From Alkalispirochaeta sp. (GTDB taxonomy: Bacteria > Spirochaetota > Spirochaetia > DSM-27196 > Alkalispirochaetaceae), in contig OZ271854.1 of the NCBI GenBank assembly GCA_965601925.1, positions 640,001-704,000 of the forward strand: a stretch of DNA of 64,000 bases, in the 5' to 3' direction. Positions 29,372 to 38,308 of this stretch are shown piece by piece (the first letter of the stretch is position 1; the number at the start of each line of letters is the position of its first letter). The notes below the pieces were generated by a model. That model did not search any database. It was not told where the DNA came from and was given only the letters and a program-made list of their open reading frames with translations. The translations under genes and the position numbers were made by a program.

Positions 29372-29725
29372 TTAGCTGCGGCGACGTGCCGTTCCTGATG
29401 CCGAGCCGGAAACGATACCGCGCCGGGTCGGCTCATCGGATCTCGGCACGTGGATTGTGCCGTCGCTCTTGAGAACTCGGTACGTCTCCTCGGAAACTAC
29501 TATTCTGCCCGGCGCATCACGTTTCCGGGGCGCGACGTCGGTTTTGCCGTTCGTTAACCGTCCGGGACCACTCGTGTCGCCGCCTTGCACGATGCGTGCC
29601 GTATGTCGTCGTCGAGGGCGGTTGTTGTGTATGCGTGCTCGGACCGTCAGCGACAGAGCTATCAACGCGAGGGATGCAATGAGTAACTCCGGCCGAACTA
29701 TCACCCGAAGAATCGTCCTCACCAC
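29372..29725 (-). CDS. Small membrane-anchored hypothetical protein
   Basis: Hydrophobic N-terminal helix and basic tail; fills an intergenic gap. Confidence 0.4.
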   Translation of the reverse strand: MVRTILRVIVRPELLIASLALIALSLTVRARIHNNRPRRRHTARIVQGGDTSGPGRLTNGKTDVAPRKRDAPGRIVVSEETYRVLKSDGTIHVPRSDEPTRRGIVSGSASGTARRRS

Positions 29726-30059
29726 CGTGGGGAGAGGTTACAAGAAATGTACTCCGGTCGCAACGGATCAACCTCTTCCCGGTCGGGGGCGCGGGGATCA
29801 ACGTCCGGCGGCACAGGGCCGGTACGACGAAGCACCTCTCAACGAGCTCGAAGAACGGCGAAAGTCGCGGCGCGCTACCGTTGTCCATTTGAGAACTGAT
29901 ACACGATTGAAAGGGGCGAATTTCGGGCTGTAGGAGGGCCAAGCGGCCGAACCACGCACCGGCGGGAAGACTACCCTCGGTACGAGGCGGATTCGATTTC
30001 ATACCGGCGCCGCCGGGAGACGCGTTCTTGACCATCGGCCTCTCTCGCCGTACAACGGA

Positions 30060-30629
30060 ATGATGGAATCACGCACACACGTTGCCACGATCGGTATCGT
30101 GACGGTGTCCGATCGCGCCTCCCGGGACGAGTACGGGGATCGGAGCGGTCCCGCGATCGAGCAGTGGCTGGAGCACACATTGGCGACACCGTGGCGGCGG
30201 GAGTATCGCCTGGTGAGCGACGATCAAACCCTTATCGAAGGAGTACTTACGGAGTTAATCGACGAGAAGGGGTGCTCGCTGGTACTGACCACCGGAGGGA
30301 CCGGCCCCGCACCGCGCGATGTGACGCCCGAGGCGGTGCGGTCGGTTTGTACGCGTATGCTCCCCGGCTTCGGCGAACAGATGCGTCGCGCGTCACTCGA
30401 GTCGGTTCCCACGGCGATTCTTTCCCGACAGGAGGCCGGTGTGCGCGATGCGTGTCTGATCATCTCCCTACCGGGGCATCCCGCGGCGATCGCGGAGTGC
30501 CTGGACGCCGTATTCGCCGCAGTGCCGTACGCGATAGACCTCGTCGGCGGAGCGTGGATCGATACCAAACGCGAGCGTATCGTATCCTTTCGTCCGGCCC
30601 ACGCGCGACGGCCGGAAGCGGCTGATTGA
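30060..30629 (+). CDS. mog: Molybdopterin adenylyltransferase
   Basis: TVSDRAS, TTGGTGPAPRDVTPEA, PGFGEQMR, TAILSRQ. Confidence 0.95.
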   Translation: MMESRTHVATIGIVTVSDRASRDEYGDRSGPAIEQWLEHTLATPWRREYRLVSDDQTLIEGVLTELIDEKGCSLVLTTGGTGPAPRDVTPEAVRSVCTRMLPGFGEQMRRASLESVPTAILSRQEAGVRDACLIISLPGHPAAIAECLDAVFAAVPYAIDLVGGAWIDTKRERIVSFRPAHARRPEAAD

Positions 30630-30664
30630 CACCGGCGCGGTGAGGTAGCGTGCCGTCGGCGCTT

Positions 30665-31120
30665 CTACCGATTGACCTTCCATCGGTGTGTGTCGCCGTC
30701 GAGGATCTCCTTTCCGTAGATCGGCACGTCGCGCTTGATCTCTTCCAGAATCTCCTCGCAGAGACGAAACGCCTCTTTCCGATGGCCGGTACCGACGACG
30801 ATGACGATCGGGCACTCGCCTACCTCTACGCGGCCCAGGGCGTGTTCTACGTGTACTCGGAGGAATCCGCCTCCGACGGAGCCCGCACGATTCCGTACGA
30901 TCTCCCTCATGCGCTCCTCGGCCATCTCACGGTGGGCGGAAAACTCGATCGCCGCGACCGACCCGTCCGGCGTCGCATCACGCCGTACGACACCTGAAAA
31001 CGTCACGACGGCTCCGATCCTCCCGTCGCTCGCAAACACTGTGCTCACCGCCGCCGGGCGGGCGGCGTCCAGCGGCCCGTCGTGCACCATCTCGTCGGGT
31101 TCGATTACTACGTTGCTCAT
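30665..31120 (-). CDS. moaE: Molybdopterin synthase catalytic subunit
   Basis: GAVVTFSGVVR, HRKEAF, IKRDVPIYGKE. Confidence 0.92.
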   Translation of the reverse strand: MSNVVIEPDEMVHDGPLDAARPAAVSTVFASDGRIGAVVTFSGVVRRDATPDGSVAAIEFSAHREMAEERMREIVRNRAGSVGGGFLRVHVEHALGRVEVGECPIVIVVGTGHRKEAFRLCEEILEEIKRDVPIYGKEILDGDTHRWKVNR

Positions 31121-31148
31121 AAGGACTCCTGAATGTGTACCGCGCGCG

Positions 31149-31385
31149 TCATCCGCCGGAAAAGGGCGGCAACAGCGAAATCTCGGCGGCGTGTTCGACA
31201 GAGCCGCCGGCAGAAATCATGGTGCGATCCACGGCGATTTGAAAGGTGCGATTCCCGAGCGCCGGCAGATGAGAGCGCAGCTCGGCCTCCAGATTCTCCT
31301 TTGACGCGGGTAGCGACACCTCGACATCGAGTGAGGTGGGAAACAGATCGGTGAGGGGGCCGAAAAAACGCACCGTTACCGTCAT
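31149..31385 (-). CDS. moaD: Sulfur carrier MoaD/ThiS (copy 1)
   Basis: VTVRFFGPL...LLPPFSGG C-terminal GG; overlaps the thiF stop. Confidence 0.9.
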   Translation of the reverse strand: MTVTVRFFGPLTDLFPTSLDVEVSLPASKENLEAELRSHLPALGNRTFQIAVDRTMISAGGSVEHAAEISLLPPFSGG

Positions 31386-32119
31386 GCGAGCTCCACCCGA
31401 TCGGTTCGCATCGTTTTTCCATCGTAGAGCAGCAGCGACGAGCAGAGCGGCGTCTCGTGCGGGTCCGCACACCAGTGCAAAAACTCGCCGGTCTGAAAAG
31501 CGGCGACCGCCGCAACGGTGTGAACCAAAATGGGCTTGGGCCCCCCCGGTATCTCGGCGTACTCGGGTCCGAACACGCGCGCATATCCACCGCGGCCCGG
31601 CAACAGCGTCGTCACCTGGCCGTACCACCCCTCTACGCCGCCATGAAAAACGGGGCACCCGATGCGATGATGAAGCGCGTCGAGCCCCTCGCGGGCGGCA
31701 AAGGAGTCGAGGCAATCGAAGACCACCACCTCCGATCGATCGGCGTCGCCCAACGGGACTCCTGCGGCGTCGACCGGTACGGCGTCTTGAACGGCCGTTA
31801 CGTCCAACTGAGGATTGATTGCACGCAGGCGCTCGGCCGCGGCGAGCACTTTGGGGCGTCCCACGTCACCCTCGGCATACAAAACCTGCCGATTGAGATC
31901 GGGCTCGTCCAGGAGGGCGGGGTCCCATATCTCGATGTGCAGCGCCCCCAACCTCGATAACACCTGGAGTACGTGAGACCCGAGCCCCCCCGCACCGGCA
32001 ACGACGATGCGTGCGGCGCACATTCGCTCCCACGCTGCGTCGCTCAAAAGCGGGCGATGTCTGCTATAGCGCGGCGTGATTTCGCCGCAAAGTGGTTTAT
32101 CCGTCGTTGACGGCTGCAT
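31382..32119 (-). CDS. moeB: ThiF/MoeB E1-like adenylyltransferase (copy 1)
   Basis: GAGGLGS, DLNRQ, GRPK, DCLDSFAAR; no CxxC Zn motifs. Confidence 0.88.
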   Translation of the reverse strand: MQPSTTDKPLCGEITPRYSRHRPLLSDAAWERMCAARIVVAGAGGLGSHVLQVLSRLGALHIEIWDPALLDEPDLNRQVLYAEGDVGRPKVLAAAERLRAINPQLDVTAVQDAVPVDAAGVPLGDADRSEVVVFDCLDSFAAREGLDALHHRIGCPVFHGGVEGWYGQVTTLLPGRGGYARVFGPEYAEIPGGPKPILVHTVAAVAAFQTGEFLHWCADPHETPLCSSLLLYDGKTMRTDRVELA

Positions 32120-32351
32120 GGGGCGCCTCCTGAGCACGAAAGTACGTAACGCCGGGCGCCCGACAAGAAGCCTGAAAGACAAGCTCGCCGATCGACGTTC
32201 CCCGGTGTATCATTCACTGTGCGCTTTGCGCGATGCCCCCATATCACCGTCTTGCGTCTCTATACCGCAATGACGATCATGCGTCGTACAGTGTATCGCC
32301 GCCGCGGCGATTCGGCAAATACCCCACGAACTCGCGTCGGTGACCGTCAGC

Positions 32352-33152
32352 CTATACGGCGACCTCAATAACGCGATTATCGGCCGATAACGCGTCCAAT
32401 ACTACCAATCTTGCCCGGGTCGGCACCTCAGGATTCACCAGCCACCGTAGGAGTTCCGCGACCTGCGTCGCGGCGACGATCGCAACCGAATGGGGCATGA
32501 CCGGCTTCGGGGCCGCCTCGGTCCGCGCAAAGTCGTCGCCGAACACGGCGGCATATCCCACCTCGGGAGGGCGTAACACGACAACCTGGCCGTAATATCC
32601 GGTCACACCCCCGTGGACGATTATGCGCGGAATATCCGTAGTATGATCGGGCGCCGGCGTGTGGAGATTCGTCTCAGAAATCGAACTCACCGTTTTATCG
32701 GCCGTGTAATTCCAGCTCGCCACCGCAGCCGACTCCAGCGCACCCCGTGCCGCAAAGGAGTCCAGACAGTCGAAACAGATATCAACACCGTCTATGCGGC
32801 GACCCAACGCCGAATCGGGGGTTACCGCCTCCGCGACGCCCTCGATATGAGCGCCGGGAACGATCGTCCTCAGACGCTCGACGGCCGCCTCGACTTTGAG
32901 CCGTCCGAGATCGGCGTGCACGTACAGACTCTGACGATTGAGATCCGGCTCGTCCAAGACCCCCGGGTCCCAGATTTCCAGATGGTTCACCCCGAGGCGC
33001 ACGATCAGATCCAATACGTGGGAGCCGAGCCCTCCGGCGCCGGCGACCACGATCCGGGCTCCTCGGATGATCGCCCACTGCGTGTCGGAGAGAAGAGGTC
33101 GATGCCGGACAAAGAGCGCATCGGCTCCGAGCGCCGGTTCGCCCACGTTCAC
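32352..33152 (-). CDS. moeB: ThiF/MoeB E1-like adenylyltransferase (copy 2)
   Basis: Same motifs as copy 1, plus an insertion of about 25 aa. Confidence 0.88.
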   Translation of the reverse strand: MNVGEPALGADALFVRHRPLLSDTQWAIIRGARIVVAGAGGLGSHVLDLIVRLGVNHLEIWDPGVLDEPDLNRQSLYVHADLGRLKVEAAVERLRTIVPGAHIEGVAEAVTPDSALGRRIDGVDICFDCLDSFAARGALESAAVASWNYTADKTVSSISETNLHTPAPDHTTDIPRIIVHGGVTGYYGQVVVLRPPEVGYAAVFGDDFARTEAAPKPVMPHSVAIVAATQVAELLRWLVNPEVPTRARLVVLDALSADNRVIEVAV

Positions 33153-33445
33153 CCGCCTCCGGCCGGTGGGAAGACGCTGAACACTTCGCCGGCGACCGGC
33201 GTATTCAGCCCTTGGGCATGAATGACATTGTGACCGTCAATGAGGAGCATCGTGCCGGGACGAATGCTGTCGTCTACGTCCAAAAGCTTGGTCCGGATGT
33301 CCAACGCATGCCCTTTTGCGCGCGTGTATTCCTGGATCCAATCGATAAGCTCGCCGGCGGTGATCTCCGGTCCGTCGTAATCGATTTCGCGTATGTCGAG
33401 CTGCAATTGCAATGTCGCAAAGAGCTTGATCTTGATGTACGGCAC
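33149..33445 (-). CDS. moaD: AOR-associated MoaD/SAMP-like ubiquitin-fold protein (copy 2)
   Basis: IKIKLFATL...MLLIDGHNV...VFPPAGGG. Confidence 0.88.
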   Translation of the reverse strand: MPYIKIKLFATLQLQLDIREIDYDGPEITAGELIDWIQEYTRAKGHALDIRTKLLDVDDSIRPGTMLLIDGHNVIHAQGLNTPVAGEVFSVFPPAGGG

Positions 33446-33572
33446 CGTCGCTCCTTTGAATCCACGGGCCGGGAGGGCCCGGTCCGTGCCTCATGTTCCG
33501 ATATCCGGCGGCGCGCACCACGCGATGCGAGAGGGGGATATCCTCCCTCCACATGGGCGCCCGCCGATCCCT

Positions 33573-35372
33573 CTACAGGCTCAACTCGGCCAGTTTCTCC
33601 TTGGTCGGCCGGCCCGTTGCGTCCCAGCCCCGGAGGCTGTAGAACTCGGGCAACATCTCCGGTAGTCGGTGCACCTGGCCTTTGTTGGGTCCCTCTTTCG
33701 CCGGCTCCTCGAAGAAACGCTTGGGAAGCGTATCCTCTTTGGGGTCGATTCCGGCGTCGAGGTTAAACTGGCGTTCCATGTTCCAGATACGTTCGCCGAC
33801 CTTGAGCATATCCTCTATCGTCAGATCGAATCCCGTGGCGCCGTTGATGAGCCCGTTGTAATCCGGAGCGCCGAGGGAGAAGGAGGTGAACAGACACAGC
33901 CCGGAGGAGTCGATGACACCGGTCAGATCCTGAAAGGCGATGACCCACTGCGGCTTGCCTTTCACGTCCTGGGGATCGATCTTCTCCGGCGCGCCGAGAA
34001 TCTCCGGTGAGATGAGGTAGGCGCGAACGTGGTCGGCGCCGCGGTTGCCGACGGCATACTCCAGACCGTGTCCTTGGACACCGCGCGGATCGTAGGCGGC
34101 GAGCTCCTGCTTCTTGATCGTCATCGAGAGCTCGGGATGGCCGTATCCGGTGGCGAAACGAAACGATCCGTCGGCCAGCTTGTCGCCGATCCCCTCGCGA
34201 TACCCCATCTGCTTGAGGTAGTACAGAAGCGATTCGGTGCTTCCGAAGTAGGGCTCCGGCCCCTTCTGGAGATCGTCTTTGGGGATAAATCCCTTCTCGT
34301 AGAGCTCCATCATGCAGGAGAGTGTAACGCCGGCGGAGATGGTATCCATTCCCAGATCGTTACACGTGAAGTTGGCGTCGCAGATGGCGTTGAGGTCGTC
34401 GATGCCCATCATGGCGCCGAAGGCCCATCCCGTCTCGTACTCCGGGCCCTCTCCACGTCGCCCGCTGGGGGTCTCGACGTCCCGCGCGCACCGTATCGGG
34501 CACATGTAACATCCGGTGTTACGGACCAAGTAGCCTTTCTCCACCAAGGCTTCGCCGGAGACCAGTTCGGTACCTTCGAACATGACGTCCTGGGCGTTGC
34601 GGGTCGGATACATCCCGTTTTGGTTGATGATATTGTCCAGCACCTTGGTTCCCAACGTGGGGAGCCCCTCGCCGGTAATGGCACCCTCTTTGAGCTTCTT
34701 GAGGTCCGCTTTGACCGCCGCCTTAAAGTCGTCCTCTTTGGCGATCGGCGAGTTTTTGTTACCCCACGTTACGACGGCCTTGAGATTCTTACTCCCCATG
34801 ACGGCGCCTACACCGCTGCGACCGGCCGCGCGATGCACCTCGTTCATGATCGAGGCGATCAGCACCAGCTTCTCTCCCGCCGGACCGATGCACGCCACCG
34901 ACGCGCGCTTTTGGCCGCTCTCCTCGGTGAGGATCTTGGTCGTCTCTTCAACGCGCTTACCCCATACGTGGGAGGCGTCCTTGATCTCGACGGTCTCCTC
35001 GTTCACGACGAGATACACCGGCTTGTCGGCCTTTCCCTCGAAGATTACGATGTCGTAACCGGCCTTTTTGAGATAGGCGCCGAAGACGCCGCCGGAGTTG
35101 CTCGAGGCGATCGTCCCGGTGAGAGGACTCTTGGTGACTACCATGTACCGACCGCCGGTGGGCGCACCGGTATTGGTCAGCGGACCGGTGGCGAAGATGA
35201 GTTTGTTGTCCGCCGAGAGCGCATCGACCTTCGGATCGATTTCATCGATGAGAATGCGTGAACCCAACCCACGCCCGCCGATATACAGCTTGGCGAGGTC
35301 CATCGGCGTCTCTTCGGTCGTGATGGAACCGGACGTCAAATTGACTCGGAGCATCTTACCCATGTACGACAT
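33573..35372 (-). CDS. aor: Tungsten-dependent aldehyde:ferredoxin oxidoreductase
   Basis: GGRGLG, KSPLTG, AAGRSGVGAVMGSKNLKA, CYMCPIRC, EGPEYET, GLCLF; AGGAGG RBS; adjacent to tup genes. Confidence 0.95.
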   Translation of the reverse strand: MSYMGKMLRVNLTSGSITTEETPMDLAKLYIGGRGLGSRILIDEIDPKVDALSADNKLIFATGPLTNTGAPTGGRYMVVTKSPLTGTIASSNSGGVFGAYLKKAGYDIVIFEGKADKPVYLVVNEETVEIKDASHVWGKRVEETTKILTEESGQKRASVACIGPAGEKLVLIASIMNEVHRAAGRSGVGAVMGSKNLKAVVTWGNKNSPIAKEDDFKAAVKADLKKLKEGAITGEGLPTLGTKVLDNIINQNGMYPTRNAQDVMFEGTELVSGEALVEKGYLVRNTGCYMCPIRCARDVETPSGRRGEGPEYETGWAFGAMMGIDDLNAICDANFTCNDLGMDTISAGVTLSCMMELYEKGFIPKDDLQKGPEPYFGSTESLLYYLKQMGYREGIGDKLADGSFRFATGYGHPELSMTIKKQELAAYDPRGVQGHGLEYAVGNRGADHVRAYLISPEILGAPEKIDPQDVKGKPQWVIAFQDLTGVIDSSGLCLFTSFSLGAPDYNGLINGATGFDLTIEDMLKVGERIWNMERQFNLDAGIDPKEDTLPKRFFEEPAKEGPNKGQVHRLPEMLPEFYSLRGWDATGRPTKEKLAELSL

Positions 35373-35400
35373 TGCGTACCTCCTAGAGATTTGTGTGCTG

Positions 35401-35500
35401 TCCTCTTTTCCAAGCGCGGGAGGCGTCGGCGTTTCCACCGACACCCATTGGCCGTCGTCCGTAGTCGTGATGCGACCGTAGCACGTGCGGCTCAGAGGGG
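35401..35500 (-). ncRNA. Moco RNA motif, P3-less (tungsten cofactor, Tuco/Wco) riboswitch candidate
   Basis: CCUCUGAGCCG...CUACGG...CUACGG...CGGCC-AAU-GGGUGUCGGUG-GAAA-CGCCGACGCCUCCCGCGCUUGGAAAAGAGG: P1 CCUCU/AGAGG, GNRA-capped P4, conserved CCUCCCG..UGGAAA end. Confidence 0.85.
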
Positions 35501-35508
35501 TTGAATTT

Positions 35509-35575
35509 ATTTTCAATCACGGTCGGACGGATGTCAAGTTTTTCTTGACGAACCGCTTATGGTGGGAGAATAATG
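35509..35575. promoter_or_regulatory. Back-to-back sigma70 promoters for aor (-) and tupA (+)
   Basis: Minus strand TTGACA (35537-35532)-N17-GAAAAT; plus strand TTGACG (35545) followed by an AT-rich -10 region. Confidence 0.55.
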
Positions 35576-35662
35576 ATCCTATTATAGAAAACAAACGGGT
35601 TGTGTCCACATCGCGCGCGTAACCGCGATGCGTGCATACCCGCCCCCTCGGAGGACAACAGC

Positions 35663-36520
35663 ATGAAGCGTTTCGTATTCTTCCTCGGGCTCTGCATACT
35701 CGCCGTCGCCACGCTTACCGCGGCAGGCCGGAGAGAATCGACCTCGGAAATGCCGTCCGCACTCGCCGAGGCGCAGGCCGACCGCGTTCGACTCGCAACG
35801 ACGACGAGCACCGAGAACTCGGGCCTCCTCGACTCGATTCTGCCGGTCTTCACCGAGATGTACGGTATCGCCGTCGACGTGGTAGCCGTCGGCACCGGAG
35901 CGGCACTGGAGTTAGGGCGTAACGGTGATGCGGACGTCGTTATGGTGCACGCCCGTAGTTTAGAGGATCAATTCGTCGTCGCCGGATACGGTGTAAACCG
36001 TCGCGACATTATGTACAACGACTTCATTATCCTGGGTCCGGCCGACGATCCGGCCGGTATCGCCGACGCCGCGAGCGTGTCGGATGCCATGTCCCGGATC
36101 GCCGCCGCGGAGGTCGTGTTCATTTCCCGGGGCGACAACTCGGGTACGCACAACAGGGAACTCCAACTCTGGGAAACGGCCGGCATCGCGCCGGCGGGCC
36201 GCTGGTATCGAGAAGTGGGTCAGGGAATGGGGGCGGTTATCGCCATAGCCGACGAGGAGGAGGCGTATACCCTCGCCGATCGCGGTACCTTCCTCTCATT
36301 TCGTGGTGATATCGCCCTCGAGGTGCTCACGGAGGGCGATCAGGCGCTCTTTAACCCCTACGGAATCATTGCGGTCAATCCCGCTCTCCACGAACGCGCG
36401 AACTACATCGGCGCGATGGCGTTGATCGCCTTCCTTACTTCGCCTGAGGGACAGTCGCGTATCGGGGCGTTCCGCGTAGAGGGCGAGGCGCTGTTTACGC
36501 CGAATACCGCCGGATTCTGA
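35663..36520 (+). CDS. tupA: Tungstate ABC transporter substrate-binding protein
   Basis: LATTTSTENSGLL (TTTS motif), GTGAAL, FISRGDNSGTH, YTLADRGT. Confidence 0.93.
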   Translation: MKRFVFFLGLCILAVATLTAAGRRESTSEMPSALAEAQADRVRLATTTSTENSGLLDSILPVFTEMYGIAVDVVAVGTGAALELGRNGDADVVMVHARSLEDQFVVAGYGVNRRDIMYNDFIILGPADDPAGIADAASVSDAMSRIAAAEVVFISRGDNSGTHNRELQLWETAGIAPAGRWYREVGQGMGAVIAIADEEEAYTLADRGTFLSFRGDIALEVLTEGDQALFNPYGIIAVNPALHERANYIGAMALIAFLTSPEGQSRIGAFRVEGEALFTPNTAGF

Positions 36521-36557
36521 CTCCGATGAAATCGTTACGGATAGTGTACGCACCAGG

Positions 36558-37277
36558 ATGGAAGGTCCTCTCGTCGTAGCGCTTCGACTCATCGCCGCGG
36601 CGGACGCGGAGCTCATCGGCATCACGTGGCGGTCGGTACGGATAGCCCTCAGCTCGACCGTCCTCGCGGCGATTGTCGGGCTTCCCGCAGCGGGCTTTCT
36701 CGCTCTCACGCGCTTTCCGGGTCGTCGCTTCATACTCATCGTGAGCAACGCATTAATGGCCCTGCCTACCGTCGTGGTGGCGCTGGCGGTGTACGGCATC
36801 ATCTCGCGGAGCGGCCCCCTCGGCTATCTGGATCTTCTCTTCACTCCCGGGGCGATCATTGTGGGCCAGACGATTCTTCTCCTGCCGATCGTCGTCAGCC
36901 TCTCGACCGCGGCACTCGCTCACGCCGATCCCCGGTTGCAGGAGACCGCGATTTCGCTCGGGGCCGGCCCGGCGCGCCGACTACTCACCGTGGTGCGTGA
37001 GACCTCTCCTGCGATCTCGGCGGCGGTGCTCTCGGGATTCGGTCGCGCGATCGGCGAGGTCGGCGTATCGATGATGTTGGGTGGCAACATCCGCCATTAT
37101 ACGCGTACCATGACGACGGCCATCGCGCTGGAGACGAATCGCGGCGCATTCGACCTGGCGATCGCCCTGGGAATCATCTTGGTCGTGATCGCCCTGGGGG
37201 TAAACGGGGGGCTGCGCGCGCTGACGGAACTCGGAAGGAGTCGATATCGCCGGTCGGCGAGGGAGAAGGGTCGGTGA
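36558..37277 (+). CDS. tupB: Tungstate ABC transporter permease
   Basis: SRSGPLG, FGRAIGEVG..MMLGGNI..YTRTMTTAI. Confidence 0.93.
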   Translation: MEGPLVVALRLIAAADAELIGITWRSVRIALSSTVLAAIVGLPAAGFLALTRFPGRRFILIVSNALMALPTVVVALAVYGIISRSGPLGYLDLLFTPGAIIVGQTILLLPIVVSLSTAALAHADPRLQETAISLGAGPARRLLTVVRETSPAISAAVLSGFGRAIGEVGVSMMLGGNIRHYTRTMTTAIALETNRGAFDLAIALGIILVVIALGVNGGLRALTELGRSRYRRSAREKGR

Positions 37278-38308
37278 TTGAAATACGCAACGTGCGCGTT
37301 CGGTACCCCGAAAGTACTCGAGACGTCGTGAGCGACTGGACCCTGCGCTTCAACGCGGGCGACGTCGTCGTGCTATTCGGTCCCAACGGCAGCGGAAAGA
37401 CGACGGGCCTCAAAGCGATCGCCGGCATTTTGCGGCCGGAGACGATCGAGTCGAACATCGGATGCGAGGAGTGTGCCTATGTTCATCAGGATCCGTTGAT
37501 GTTTCACCGACGCGTGTACGCCAACATCGCCTACGGTCTCTCCACGACGGGCGTGGCAAGAAACGAGGTCGCCGAGCGGGTGCGCATCGCAGCCCGGCGG
37601 TGTAGCGTAGAGGACATCCTATCGCAACGCGCCACCCAACTCTCCGGCGGTCAACGACAGCGAGTAGCGATCGCACGCGCGCTCATTCTTGCGCGGACCG
37701 TGTTACTGCTGGACGAGCCGACGGCCAATCTGGACGGCCGGTCGCGGGATATCGTAGCGGACATCATCCGCGAAGAGTCGGCGGCGGGTCGGAGTGTGGT
37801 CCTGGCGAGTCACGACAGGGACTTCGCATATGAGGTGGGCGAGCGCTTCTACACGATGACCGACGGAGTGCTCAAATCGAGCGCCATCAATCTTATCCGC
37901 GGCACGACGGCGGTCGATGAGGACGGGCTGACCGCGGTGGAGGCGAGTCCGACGGCTCGCCTCTTCGGTAGAGCCGTGAACCCGATCGCCCTACGCGAAC
38001 CGGCGCGGGCGATCTTTCGACCCGAGGACGTGGTCCTTTCAAAGACGAACGTCACCTCGAGCGCGCTCAACGACATACCGGTGACGGTGGCTCACGTCGA
38101 GTCGCGCGGCGAGGGGAGCGCCCTCGTAGAGGTGATGCACCGCGAGGTCGAATCCGTACGGTTTTCCGCGATGATCTCCTATCGCTCGTTGCGTAGGCTC
38201 GAGATACGTCCCGGCGCAGAGCTCTTCGCCGCGATAAAGGCCTCGTCGATCACCGTTTACGCCGATTCCCGGCGCGTGTCGCCCCATGTAGAAGAGGAGA
38301 ACGGATGA
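37274..38308 (+). CDS. tupC: Tungstate ABC ATP-binding protein with C-terminal TOBE domain
   Basis: GPNGSGKT, LSGGQRQR, LLDEPT; SSALN...AAIKASSI TOBE. Confidence 0.88.
   Translation: MIEIRNVRVRYPESTRDVVSDWTLRFNAGDVVVLFGPNGSGKTTGLKAIAGILRPETIESNIGCEECAYVHQDPLMFHRRVYANIAYGLSTTGVARNEVAERVRIAARRCSVEDILSQRATQLSGGQRQRVAIARALILARTVLLLDEPTANLDGRSRDIVADIIREESAAGRSVVLASHDRDFAYEVGERFYTMTDGVLKSSAINLIRGTTAVDEDGLTAVEASPTARLFGRAVNPIALREPARAIFRPEDVVLSKTNVTSSALNDIPVTVAHVESRGEGSALVEVMHREVESVRFSAMISYRSLRRLEIRPGAELFAAIKASSITVYADSRRVSPHVEEENG

Noticed and set aside
29925..30012. tRNA-like TTCGATT loop in the intergenic region upstream of mog
   Set aside because: Flanks do not pair as a T-stem and no acceptor or anticodon arms can be built.
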